Virus record (IMG/VR): IMGVR_UViG_3300022700_000278
Coordinates: 1-64,000 of that record
DNA from: a virus
Length of the DNA: 64,000 bases
Reading direction: 5' to 3' (one strand)
The position numbers were made by a program, and so were the translations under genes. Position 1 is the first letter of the stretch. The number at the start of each line of letters is the position of its first letter. The notes beneath the pieces were generated by a model, which was given only the letters and a program-made list of their open reading frames with translations, had not been told where the DNA came from and did not search any database. Positions 48,301-56,266 of the stretch are shown in pieces.

Positions 48301-48511
48301 GCTTACGCATGGCGGCAAGCCGATGACAAGCATGTATACCGGAGAGAAATATTCGGCAATGTTCTCTGACATATGGGGAGAATGGCACCAGTGGTGGGAA
48401 GACTTCAACACGGGACTGGAAAAGGGAGCAATGTCTGAAGAATTCTTTAAGGCTGGCGACAGCTTGTTCCTTGATATAATGGACTTTTTCGGTCATGATG
48501 TAGGAATTTAA
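42344..48511 (+). CDS. Baseplate hub protein with N-terminal SleB-like cell-wall hydrolase motif
   Basis: LWLARILYGE..HAWMVMN; hub-like VQIRLGY..VFLGQITEV..EIVCQGYG and GELVVTG..IKPYD..EVESVTHIF. Confidence 0.7.
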   Translation: MPRRNISVWSDYSREKFLTDTSAAEASLSSKSKYGAEDTPTVFPANSGAWMYYANHLEGKMPVLSERNTEYVEFEYREYDIKIPPEEARADLSSLEKFFGKTPSWWGDKTKDPLAQEVPNIPSGTSAQKYASDVLQQGGGKMAARFTANNGASYVMGPRDRLWLARILYGELRIHNNKTFSHLGGDASDSEVVMHAWMVMNLLMTKYHGGSLRKAAKAYSEALQGKTGNLKDYAQYGSWQKAKKTYENNYGKNTNKFKKAKRRFFQARNQYMANVAIWPGAEEFYSTGAHVSPTGKPILIPTKLADFVNRFAAGEIPKPSGIPGKIFDISANRNSIAWGSGKTYGIKVEGVKWQNGTSAPGFPYTDLSPPGFAFRKEAKGFWGGVAFRPNKHSGKGTSNNLYVRRRSVSEDLLRSISADKIDTGIYADGVPVEEGGIERQALFGQSMSDLAGYQGQSVDSSLLQETERQENSDQQKTTELPREESEGTLIKQAQDANKKQQNRADWINDLARNGWRYEGITDNRETFKNIFSQAKRIRIGGRDSGAVSMQNVVPVAASVQFGHRLAEQKLLGQKTSTFQFLGAGNKSGIIVLSAAGEAGRRALQAVKRMYATLSYNARQMGDFREASAAKINIVAPDGAKNNIFALLDINKISISNVTDEATVQDGVDIYKMTIEFLSRDFIEPTFKPKTVFSEELKRQIVSRMLKDLQVQEVSSFDKVASESPVSTTLANVAFSLRKNFEIGLEFISNIPASLASSSVADENRRRYDRMSKYADNIDLFLRASLQHVIFPSKDIAYVPGYSNAAPLVAGVYAPSSWGGSVGGAVSGFAEGALSGQRKDIAYMFKARESSGKPQWYVDLLARLAADIKGISSRFPLLNTPVGVRPIETISIRNALDQKWEGEKTWGDRLRIFGNQLGGVGQKLVSLVGGEGVSVEGERVRGFYVADSPDEASRIGAQQFASLTAIFNQVAVQALQRANDGEGFANVFGKEVADQVLELSVAEYGSCYPDLDLPNIANTKIKTMPSFFMYEDALESPGLAQINNDAGVLDQLVSRHLENSAKSVSRFIGKGGASKLFATKNADYLQQARKQYDEIDKKEKAYNGEHGAFAADGNGAENPVSESAKVKDAIGYRSDKYAGNPTGPGETTKQQLAKVFGKEASNALLRLLKDDKATSVKDAFFTAVVSSSYLNKFVDGQITGIDPDFEDENELFARARDFYFADAEGKLPDKIYVGPDGTQAKMDAAWDGDMGGGSPLGGDAKSDQTSPQGGLPSASAPDGAAVGGVNFGEQQSSSEWEEDYFEPSAVEPPQTIDYEAAENIAEYNNLLSKIQATQGAEALGRSVASGIRDRFKRDFSLVRAFPTFKIFFIDEDSDEEIGEFHAFDDFYSYSAVQEIRITRSRKIAADLAVLRITDVAHKLTRGRFSDVDLSTGDVKNEDSLGWWAETQKENPFNNRILREGVKVQIRLGYAPEPDQLETVFLGQITEVAPSEGGKILEIVCQGYGAELEAASMNAADNDVVYYSPQHALCAAILQPFIKNFGHWSFNQFYNPAQIRRKYHDFWGSNLGTIDQLFAAYQRTQREMFFHILRLVNFRNDPQDDNIFAPPPFLYEGSDLTTRIWNNANAYHPFMNTPWEVFKEHELRFPGYAALPLPYGHEPRMTMFFGMRGQRYWSSPCSKAQAFIAKYWTDLVQAAGVGKDGAEKLASDPRARAGLQYLKQANPGLYNAIAKELFGQSNSIGRYIGEVSGRYRPFRNHHIFTSDRHIIKNGIRTNASKTFNAVQLFYADDEDQLDVEEIEEVIESMKETSEGKGGVYTARLSDNIPDWQVRTYEDSFPSCVSSYMAKRYAHGLFLEGVKQSYGGELVVTGEETIKPYDVVMIQDHISDMYGPVEVESVTHIFNQDTGFVSVINPNMLVDSNDMWSKGITSAVTQSLSLTMLAARQNETSSQHRADVTSTGLSFDSFLAKLGAFHFVHWAQTASPVICTPLTHGGKPMTSMYTGEKYSAMFSDIWGEWHQWWEDFNTGLEKGAMSEEFFKAGDSLFLDIMDFFGHDVGI

Positions 48512-48512
48512 A

Positions 48513-48968
48513 ATGACTATACTAAAGGGAACAATTCGCGGACCGTCTAAAACCCAGTTTGGGAAGAGTCATGAAGAAACGCGAAGTCAGACGAACAAAA
48601 ACTCTACAGACAAACATACTGCTAAGGGAAGAAAACACAAAGCAATCTTGTCTAGGGTTTTGTCGAGAGACATGGAGGGAGAAAAAATATTATTTCCTTA
48701 CGCACAAGTAAAGCTTTTGGTCAGACGGGGCAAGCGTTATAGTATTGTAGAGTGGCCGTATTGGCTTAGAATTACAAACCCTCCAGACGAGATTGATGCT
48801 ATCCACGGCGGGCTACAGAATGTCAGCGAGACACATCCTCTCGTAACAGTAGAGTTTACCGGAAAGTCTCAAAAGAAAGGTACAGTCATACTAGGTTCTT
48901 TGAGTGCCGACGTAGACGATTATGGCGGCGGGGAAATAAAAGAATACGATGGTCTTATGATAGTCTGA
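48513..48968 (+). CDS. Hypothetical baseplate protein (spike-associated possible)
   Basis: Between hub and gp25-like gene. Confidence 0.6.
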   Translation: MTILKGTIRGPSKTQFGKSHEETRSQTNKNSTDKHTAKGRKHKAILSRVLSRDMEGEKILFPYAQVKLLVRRGKRYSIVEWPYWLRITNPPDEIDAIHGGLQNVSETHPLVTVEFTGKSQKKGTVILGSLSADVDDYGGGEIKEYDGLMIV

Positions 48969-49002
48969 GAAATGCTATAATATTCAAGAGAAAGGGTTTT
49001 TT

Positions 49003-49371
49003 ATGGCAGGAGCAAAATATAAATATCTCATGGCGAATAAAGACGCCTCTGCTGGTGTTCTGGTAGCCCAAAACAAGGCACGACTAAAGGGCAACAAGAC
49101 CAACCACGTAACGGCTGACGAAACTGCCGTGCATCTTTGTGGTACGGTTGCGCTGCATGCACAGAAGGTTAAATACGCCTCTATGTTTGCTTTGCAAAAG
49201 CCGATGAAGGCCATCATCCCTTCTTGTTTGGGAACGCCCGTTCCAATGGCAGAGATTGACATGCCAGAGGCGTTTCTAGAACATATTGCTGCTGGTGCTG
49301 CGGAGATGGCGGCGCTAACTGGGTTGATGGCAACTGCTGCGGCCGGCGGAAGTATTCCAGCGGGCGTTTAA
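49003..49371 (+). CDS. Hypothetical baseplate protein
   Basis: SD AAAGGG; position. Confidence 0.6.
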   Translation: MAGAKYKYLMANKDASAGVLVAQNKARLKGNKTNHVTADETAVHLCGTVALHAQKVKYASMFALQKPMKAIIPSCLGTPVPMAEIDMPEAFLEHIAAGAAEMAALTGLMATAAAGGSIPAGV

Positions 49372-49374
49372 ATA

Positions 49375-49812
49375 ATGCCAAGAAATTACGACAAGGTTGA
49401 TTTCTATTGGACCTTTGACGGAGATGTTATTGTCGGGCCAAGTGGCGACCTGCATGATACGGCCGACGATCCCCTTCGCTCCCTTGTACAGGAGATTAAA
49501 ACCCGATTGATGAGCGATCAGCAAGATTGGTTGATTTTTCCCCGGGTGGGAGCCGGACTTTCTGCTTTGGTTGGACAGCCAAACAACAAAGAAACTGCAG
49601 AAGAGGGAAAGGCAAAAATAATTTCAGCACTTTCGAGAGATGGCCTGGTTAGTCCCGGTGACATTACGGTTAAATATCTTCCGGTTTCTAGAGAAGCCAT
49701 TATGTATAGGTTGGTGATTGCTGTTGCGGGTACGGCGGGGAACCGCAACACACAATATGTAAAGATCAACCTGCTATATAGTTATACTGATAACAATATA
49801 CACTTCGCCTAG
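49375..49812 (+). CDS. gp25/gpW-like baseplate wedge protein
   Basis: SLVQEIKTRLMS..W..FPRVGAGLSALVGQP..IISAL. Confidence 0.8.
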   Translation: MPRNYDKVDFYWTFDGDVIVGPSGDLHDTADDPLRSLVQEIKTRLMSDQQDWLIFPRVGAGLSALVGQPNNKETAEEGKAKIISALSRDGLVSPGDITVKYLPVSREAIMYRLVIAVAGTAGNRNTQYVKINLLYSYTDNNIHFA

Positions 49813-49814
49813 GA

Positions 49815-51098
49815 GTGAGTCGTATGCCGTTTTTCCCAAAAGACTATGAGAAAATGGTTTCTTCTGGCCTGCAACGTTTGCAAGCCAACACCGTTGTTTC
49901 TCAGATGTCTCCAGGGGCTAAAGCCAGGTTCTTGCTAGAGTCTGTTTTGACAGAGCAAGCTAGCCTGCACAGCCAATTTGACACAAACCTGATGCAGGCC
50001 TTTGTCAGGTGGGCGGAGGGCCGCTTCTTAGACTTCGTTGGCGATGTGATGCATGTGCCGAGATGGCTTCCCAGCACAGCCTCTGCAGATACCAGTCACG
50101 AAAACTTCATGTTTTATTTAGAGAGCGGAACATTCGGTGATGTTAACAATGGGATGGATTTTGTAATTCCTTCTGGGACCGTTGTCTCTACTGCTGATTT
50201 TGACGTAGAGCTAACACAGGCCCCAGGAGAGTCCGACTATACCGCCACCTCTAGAACCATTGATAAGATTTCTTACGCAACACAGGGCGATGTGGTTTGT
50301 TCCGCGAATCGCTCACATGTGTATGCTTCTATTAAGGCACAGATAGAAGGAAGAAGCGCTGATGTTCCCAGGAATGCTTTGTTAAAACATGACTTTTCTG
50401 GGTACTCCATGAGTGGTCGCGGGTTGTTAAAATGCAGAAACAAATACTCGATCACGAACGGCAGAGATAGAGAAAGTGATGAGTCCTATCGCTATCGTCT
50501 GATGAATTCTTTCAAGGCGAAAGAACGGGCAAACAGGATGGCCGTTCGGCTGGCTGCGCTAAGTGTTCCTGGAGTGGCTGATACGGTTGAGGTTAATTAC
50601 GAGCAAGGACCAGGTACGTTCTCTTTGTATGTAGAAAGTGTTGGCGCAGCTACAAGCCAGGGCCTCATCAACAGCGTTGCTTCTGCAGTGGAGCCTGTTT
50701 GCTCTCTTGGGGTTAGGCCGTTTGTCCTGGCCCCATTGCCACTGGGACTTTCTTTTGTTGTCGCCTTGAGATGGAGAGACAGAACCACGGAAACACAAAA
50801 AATATTAATACAAGCAAACATTCGAGAGATGATAGAGGGGTTCTTAAATAGTCTCAGCATTGGAGACAATGTGGATCTTGAGGCTCTTGCTTCTGCGGTT
50901 GCAACGACAAGTGAAGAGATAGCGGGACTAGGTTATTTGCGGACTGGCAAGTTTGAGGAAGTCTATGTTCACCGAAGCACCCCGGACGGAGAAGGAGTAA
51001 AGAAAACTTTGTTTGAGGGAGATGTGGTAGACTCTCTTTATAACGAACGCCCCTTGTTGGAAACTTCCACAAGGCATAGAGGAATCCAGTTTTTGTAG
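49815..51098 (+). CDS. Baseplate J-like protein
   Basis: AEGRFLDFVG, IPSGTVVST, NGRDRESDESYRYRL, ALSVPGVAD; start may be ATG 49824. Confidence 0.9.
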   Translation: MSRMPFFPKDYEKMVSSGLQRLQANTVVSQMSPGAKARFLLESVLTEQASLHSQFDTNLMQAFVRWAEGRFLDFVGDVMHVPRWLPSTASADTSHENFMFYLESGTFGDVNNGMDFVIPSGTVVSTADFDVELTQAPGESDYTATSRTIDKISYATQGDVVCSANRSHVYASIKAQIEGRSADVPRNALLKHDFSGYSMSGRGLLKCRNKYSITNGRDRESDESYRYRLMNSFKAKERANRMAVRLAALSVPGVADTVEVNYEQGPGTFSLYVESVGAATSQGLINSVASAVEPVCSLGVRPFVLAPLPLGLSFVVALRWRDRTTETQKILIQANIREMIEGFLNSLSIGDNVDLEALASAVATTSEEIAGLGYLRTGKFEEVYVHRSTPDGEGVKKTLFEGDVVDSLYNERPLLETSTRHRGIQFL

Positions 51099-51113
51099 AG
51101 AAAGGAGACTATA

Positions 51114-51392
51114 GTGTCAGAGTCAAAGGTTAAGCCAGTAGAAAAGAGAGCACAGCGTGTCACCAGTGAAGAGATGTGGCAAATTCGTGCACTAGAGGCA
51201 CAGGGGGGCCGCCTGCAAGCCGAGATGCAACTCAAGCAGGAAAGGCTAGAAAACATCTCCAAAGAAACCCAGCTTCTTCTTTTACAGCTTAGAGAGAAGT
51301 ATGGGGTGTTTACTAGTATTGAACCAGACGGAAGGATTGTTTTTCCTGAGAAGCAGGAATCCGATTCAGCAGAAGACGACAAGGAGAAGTAA
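51114..51392 (+). CDS. Small coiled-coil protein
   Basis: SD AAGGAG; heptad pattern ending LREKYG. Confidence 0.7.
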   Translation: MSESKVKPVEKRAQRVTSEEMWQIRALEAQGGRLQAEMQLKQERLENISKETQLLLLQLREKYGVFTSIEPDGRIVFPEKQESDSAEDDKEK

Positions 51393-51398
51393 CAAACA

Positions 51399-53033
51399 GT
51401 GACCTCGGTTGCAGGGCAATATAGGAGATCTTGGATCACACAGCGGATCCTTAATAGGGCTCCCGAATGGACACGGGCAAGACGCAGCCCTGTGTCTGTG
51501 GCACAGCAGATATGCAATGTTCCTGCTCTTGAGATTGAAGAAACAAGTAAAAAGTTAGAAGAGGAAAGAGATAACTTTTTCCTATCTACTTGCGATCCCA
51601 CGCTGCTAGACCATGTCTACAAGATAGACCTCCCCGGTAGGTTTGAGTTTAACCAAGAGGAAGATCAAAATCGATGGTCTGTCTATTATTCTCCAAGTGT
51701 TTGGGGGGAGATAGACGGATCCTATGTTTCCATTTCTCAGGCCAATCGGAATAATGTTGAGTCTTTATTTTATGGCGTAGTGCCTACAAGGGTGGGGTAT
51801 GGAGAGCAGTCTGAAGTATGGGAAGAGGTTTTGCCTCCGACGAAAGTTTCTGGGGTCTCTTCTGCTTCTCCAGCAACCATGGTTCTCGAAGGACCTTTAT
51901 ATGTCACCTTGAAAAACAATACGGTTTGGAGCGAGGAATATAACGACATTGTTTATTTTACCAAAGTCCGTTTAAAAGGTACTGGTCTCCTCAGAGAAGA
52001 CATTGAGGAAATCATTCCTCTGAGACTCAACGGAACTTACCAAACGAGAAACCACTGGAAGACACTTGATGAATTTGAGATTTTGCACGCCAGTGAAGAT
52101 GCAACGGTCTCTGTTTCTGTTTTTCCTTTTAGAGAAGCTCCTGTTGCAAACGATCGAGAGATAGCGGTTGGCTCTGATGGGGTAGAGCGCACTCGGTTTT
52201 ATTCTCTTTACTCATATTCCTGGGGATCAACTCTTATTGCAAAAAGATATCTTGTTGATACTGAAGAGCAAGTTAGACTAGGCCTAAACTTAAAGACAAT
52301 TGATTACGAGATGGAATTGCATGATGGAGAACTTGGAAATGTTTCGGCCAGTGCATTTGTGTTTAAGCCCCACTCCGACTGGGTGTATGTTGTAGACGAC
52401 ACTTATTTGTACGTATATGACTATCGGCTGCCGTCACCGAGCACAGAGTACCTGGGAGAAAGCTCTGGCGATAGCAGAATGGCGATTAGGCTTGACAATG
52501 ATAAATATTTCTATACGAGAGAAGATGAGGTATCGTTTTCGTCTCGTGTTTTAGAATATACGTCAATACCGTTTGCTACCAGGTGGACATTGGTTTGGAA
52601 TGACGGAACAGAGTATAGAATTGGACTAGATGGCTCTTTGTGGAGCACCTCTTCTCAAGAAGGCTGGATATATAACGACAATTGGGATAGTGGAAAATGG
52701 GAAGATCAAAAAATTACCTTGTCTTCGGTTGGTCTTCCTGGCACATACGTTATAAAATTAGAAGCAAAGTATGAAGAAAACGATGAGGTCGTTACACGAA
52801 CCACCAAAGAAGCTTTTTCTGTTCCATCCATTGATCCAGAGGCGAAGCTAATGCTTCCCGTAGAACTAAAAGGAGCAAGAGATCTTGGTATAGATGGACA
52901 GGGACGGCTTTGGTTTTATAACGGTACCAGTGTTTTGCTAGCTGATTTGTATTACGACTATTTTATTGTTGATTTCCAAGAAAAGAGAGTTTGGATGAGA
53001 GAGCAATATCCGTCAGTTAGGGTTCGTCCATAA
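51399..53033 (+). CDS. Baseplate/tail structural protein
   Basis: ILNRAPEW N-terminus resembling wedge gpI-like proteins; position. Confidence 0.6.
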   Translation: MTSVAGQYRRSWITQRILNRAPEWTRARRSPVSVAQQICNVPALEIEETSKKLEEERDNFFLSTCDPTLLDHVYKIDLPGRFEFNQEEDQNRWSVYYSPSVWGEIDGSYVSISQANRNNVESLFYGVVPTRVGYGEQSEVWEEVLPPTKVSGVSSASPATMVLEGPLYVTLKNNTVWSEEYNDIVYFTKVRLKGTGLLREDIEEIIPLRLNGTYQTRNHWKTLDEFEILHASEDATVSVSVFPFREAPVANDREIAVGSDGVERTRFYSLYSYSWGSTLIAKRYLVDTEEQVRLGLNLKTIDYEMELHDGELGNVSASAFVFKPHSDWVYVVDDTYLYVYDYRLPSPSTEYLGESSGDSRMAIRLDNDKYFYTREDEVSFSSRVLEYTSIPFATRWTLVWNDGTEYRIGLDGSLWSTSSQEGWIYNDNWDSGKWEDQKITLSSVGLPGTYVIKLEAKYEENDEVVTRTTKEAFSVPSIDPEAKLMLPVELKGARDLGIDGQGRLWFYNGTSVLLADLYYDYFIVDFQEKRVWMREQYPSVRVRP

Positions 53034-53986
53034 TGCCGTATGGGACGAAAAGTGTTGGTTTTGCTGTTAATGTCAGCAGCGTCTCTGAATATAGAGGCAA
53101 ACCCCAGCGCCATTCTCTTGTCAATAGATTTGACGAACACGGGGACCTGTATTCTTTAGACAGGCTTCCCGGAGAGACCAACACAGCATTTAAGAAGAGG
53201 ATAATGGACCTAACCCTACATCCGGGTGGTCCTAATTATGAAGGACTGTTAAATAACCTTGCTCGAGAACTGGGGTGTCCGAGAGAGCCTGCGTTAACAA
53301 TTGATCTCAAAAGAGATGCCAGTTCAGGTTCTGTTCTTGCCCCAAACCCACGAGTCGACATATTGGCAGACCGGGTTGTCTTGTATTATGACTGGAAAGA
53401 CTATGACAGCTTTTCTGTAGATCGAGAAATTGATTTTTACGACCTTGGTTCTAGCGGGTATTTTTTAAGTGGGCTTATTAACGAGATTAATAAATCCTCT
53501 TACTTTGTCGCTGTTGCAGATCGGGATGTCCGCTTGAGTCTTCATAGCACAAACATAGTTCGAGGCTCTTCTTTTGGTCGCGTCGTTGACGATGTTATCA
53601 AGGCTGATGGCCTGACCATCCTTAGCGCACAAAACATTGTTGAGGGATCAATGTGGTTCTCCGAAAAAGATATTTTTGTGACAGAGGTCCAAAAAGAACC
53701 AAGCACAGACGGAGAATACAGGATAGATTATGCAAATGGCCTGCTGTATACATACTCTCTTCCAAGTGGCAGAGGGTCCTGCGGCTATTATTATGCTGGT
53801 TTTCCAATGGAAGTGGATGCTTCTCTTATTCATGTGTATTCTTTACATGATGATAACTATGTGAAAAAACTTTTTAGGCAAGAAGCTCTTCCTTCTGGCG
53901 ATGAGCAAAACGCTCTTCCCAATACAGAAGGAGCAGAGGTTTTTCACCAACTGTTCAAAGAGACAGAAGTTCTGTGGGGAGAATAA
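53033..53986 (+). CDS. Baseplate wedge-like protein
   Basis: FDEHGDLYSLDRLPGETNTAFKKRI motif. Confidence 0.65.
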   Translation: MPYGTKSVGFAVNVSSVSEYRGKPQRHSLVNRFDEHGDLYSLDRLPGETNTAFKKRIMDLTLHPGGPNYEGLLNNLARELGCPREPALTIDLKRDASSGSVLAPNPRVDILADRVVLYYDWKDYDSFSVDREIDFYDLGSSGYFLSGLINEINKSSYFVAVADRDVRLSLHSTNIVRGSSFGRVVDDVIKADGLTILSAQNIVEGSMWFSEKDIFVTEVQKEPSTDGEYRIDYANGLLYTYSLPSGRGSCGYYYAGFPMEVDASLIHVYSLHDDNYVKKLFRQEALPSGDEQNALPNTEGAEVFHQLFKETEVLWGE

Positions 53987-53989
53987 TTC

Positions 53990-56254
53990 GTGGCTGGATT
54001 AGATAGACCAACTCTGTATTTCGATACCATGCAGTACGTTTACGAACGTGCTAGCGCAAAACCATATGTTGGACACGAGCACCCTACAGACTTACCAGAT
54101 GGTTTTAGTTTCGATGCGAAGAGATGGTGTAGCCCATTTGATCTCAGGCTGCCGTCTTTGCCAAGACTTCTTGACCCGTCGACACAGGGTATAAAGCCGG
54201 AAACTTATTTTAAGTGTGGTGTCGGCAATGAAAAAATAGACTTAATTGTTGATGATATAGAAGAGCACTATCTAGGCCATGAGCGCTTATGGGTTCCAAA
54301 GGTGCGAGACGGGTATTATTACCGGTACAAAACAGATTATTTTTATTATGGCGATAATAGTGTTATCCAGTATTTAGACCCGGCTGACAACAAAGAAGGA
54401 AGGAACTATTTAGAGCTTGCAAAAGAAGAGGCACCTGGAAAACCATTGCTTGCTGCTTCTTTTTCTAGAGACCCAGAGTCCAGGGCCATCACATATGACG
54501 TTAGGGTCAACCATGTTGGGGTCTTTACTGGCAAGTATGAGAATGGAGAAGAAGTCTCGACGTACACTCCTACGACCGAAAAAGTGATATGGTCTGGAGT
54601 AGATACGACAAAGAAAGAATTTGTTGTGGATCGACACGTCGAGGGAGTGACGGCGCTCAAATTCAACAGAAACTACATAGAACATGTTGGAGTTTCGCCA
54701 GGCAGCTTTTCTGATCTCGGCGCATGCGATGTGCTTGGGCAATCTACTGGCGGAGCAGACCAGTTGTTTTACTTGTCGCTCTTCCCTGTCTTGCCTGACA
54801 CTTTCCATTTGTATGTCGTCGACGCAAACAGCGAAGAATGGGAAGAATGGACCAGGGTTGAAACATACCACGAACTCTTATCTTTGATGAACATTGGTCT
54901 TGTACAGCCGTATCTTTACAGTGGAAAATTTTACTTCCTAGACAGAGACTTGGGAATTGTTGTTTTTGGCGATGCTTCCACTGGCATACCGGAAGAAGGC
55001 AAGTGGATTGTAGCAGAATATGACAAAACTCTTCGTATCGAATATGAAGAGGCAGATTTATCAACAAGTGTCACGGCGTGGAAGGCAGACGTTAACCCTG
55101 TCTCTCAGGCCGTGAACGAAGGGTTTGTTTGTATAACTCACGAACCACTTGAAGCAGCAAAGATTTCTCTTGATATCGACAAGGAAGAGCTTTCTTCTGG
55201 GAGTTCGGTGTATGGACCAATACAGGTTGGAAATGACTGGGCTCGTCTGATAGCGAAAGTTTCGACTTTTAGGGATGTTCCCGTACCGAACAAAGAAGTA
55301 ACTTTCCATGCAACTCCGTTGGTTGGAGCGCTTGGGGGAAGCAGCACGGGCAAATCTTTTGGTGCCACAAATTCCGAAGGACTCGCGTACACACACTACC
55401 AACCCCCTCTAGACGCAGACTCGATAGGACACTACGCCTTGTCTAGTGACGCAGTACAGGGAGACTGGTTGAGGCTTGACGAAGAGAATACTGGGCTTAC
55501 GGAAGCAGACGAGGTGTATCTTTATCAGGTGCTAAAAGACGATCCTCTGCTTGGTATGCACAGCTCGTATGTATCGGGTTTTCTGCCTGATCCGCCAGAG
55601 TGGGCAGACCCAGTTTTGAGCCCCGTGCTTTATGAGCAGTGGGTAGAAAATCAGAAGATAGAACTTGGCCTTGAAGATTGGATTATTAACACGGCGACCC
55701 ATAAACCAAACGGCAGAAAAGTTGTTGTGTATCAGTGGGACAGCAGTGCAACGAACCCAATAGACGGCACGAGCGGTGCGTTCTCTCCTGTGCGGCCACT
55801 AGAGGTTAGCAGCGACGGTAGCATGCTGCGGTTCCCCTCTGGATCGCTTTATTCTAGTAACCCTTATGACACCTGTACTTCAAACCCAATGGGCTATGAT
55901 ATTGGTGGCTATTGGGTTGTCGGGTCTTTTTATGTGGACTTTTGGGCAACATGCTGGAGTGCGTATTATAATAGGACGATAGAAAGCAATCGCATTAGGG
56001 CTAAAATTACTTTGCCCCAGTATCTTCTGGGCGAACATGTTAACAACCAGCTTCATAAGTTGCCGTTTGGGTGGAAGCTTTTTAGAAGCACAGAACAGAA
56101 CCACGCGGCTGGGTTGGATGGAGCTACTTTTTTAACTATCAACCCACAAGCTGGACCGTATGAAATATTGACCTGGTACAACGAAGGCTCAACAGGCGAA
56201 TGGGCACAAGCAATAATGTCTGTTGCTTCGTTTAAGGTTACAGTTAACGGCTAG
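53990..56254 (+). CDS. Baseplate-associated protein with Ig-like segment
   Basis: LGQSTGGADQLFYL..VVFGDASTGIP; PVPNKEVTF..TNSEGLA. Confidence 0.65.
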   Translation: MAGLDRPTLYFDTMQYVYERASAKPYVGHEHPTDLPDGFSFDAKRWCSPFDLRLPSLPRLLDPSTQGIKPETYFKCGVGNEKIDLIVDDIEEHYLGHERLWVPKVRDGYYYRYKTDYFYYGDNSVIQYLDPADNKEGRNYLELAKEEAPGKPLLAASFSRDPESRAITYDVRVNHVGVFTGKYENGEEVSTYTPTTEKVIWSGVDTTKKEFVVDRHVEGVTALKFNRNYIEHVGVSPGSFSDLGACDVLGQSTGGADQLFYLSLFPVLPDTFHLYVVDANSEEWEEWTRVETYHELLSLMNIGLVQPYLYSGKFYFLDRDLGIVVFGDASTGIPEEGKWIVAEYDKTLRIEYEEADLSTSVTAWKADVNPVSQAVNEGFVCITHEPLEAAKISLDIDKEELSSGSSVYGPIQVGNDWARLIAKVSTFRDVPVPNKEVTFHATPLVGALGGSSTGKSFGATNSEGLAYTHYQPPLDADSIGHYALSSDAVQGDWLRLDEENTGLTEADEVYLYQVLKDDPLLGMHSSYVSGFLPDPPEWADPVLSPVLYEQWVENQKIELGLEDWIINTATHKPNGRKVVVYQWDSSATNPIDGTSGAFSPVRPLEVSSDGSMLRFPSGSLYSSNPYDTCTSNPMGYDIGGYWVVGSFYVDFWATCWSAYYNRTIESNRIRAKITLPQYLLGEHVNNQLHKLPFGWKLFRSTEQNHAAGLDGATFLTINPQAGPYEILTWYNEGSTGEWAQAIMSVASFKVTVNG

Positions 56255-56266
56255 GAGTGAGGACCT

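Noticed and set aside
41737-48511. Frameshifted single gene across 42342/42344
   Set aside because: The downstream ORF has its own ATG with GAGGAG upstream and no slippery site was seen; two genes is the simpler reading
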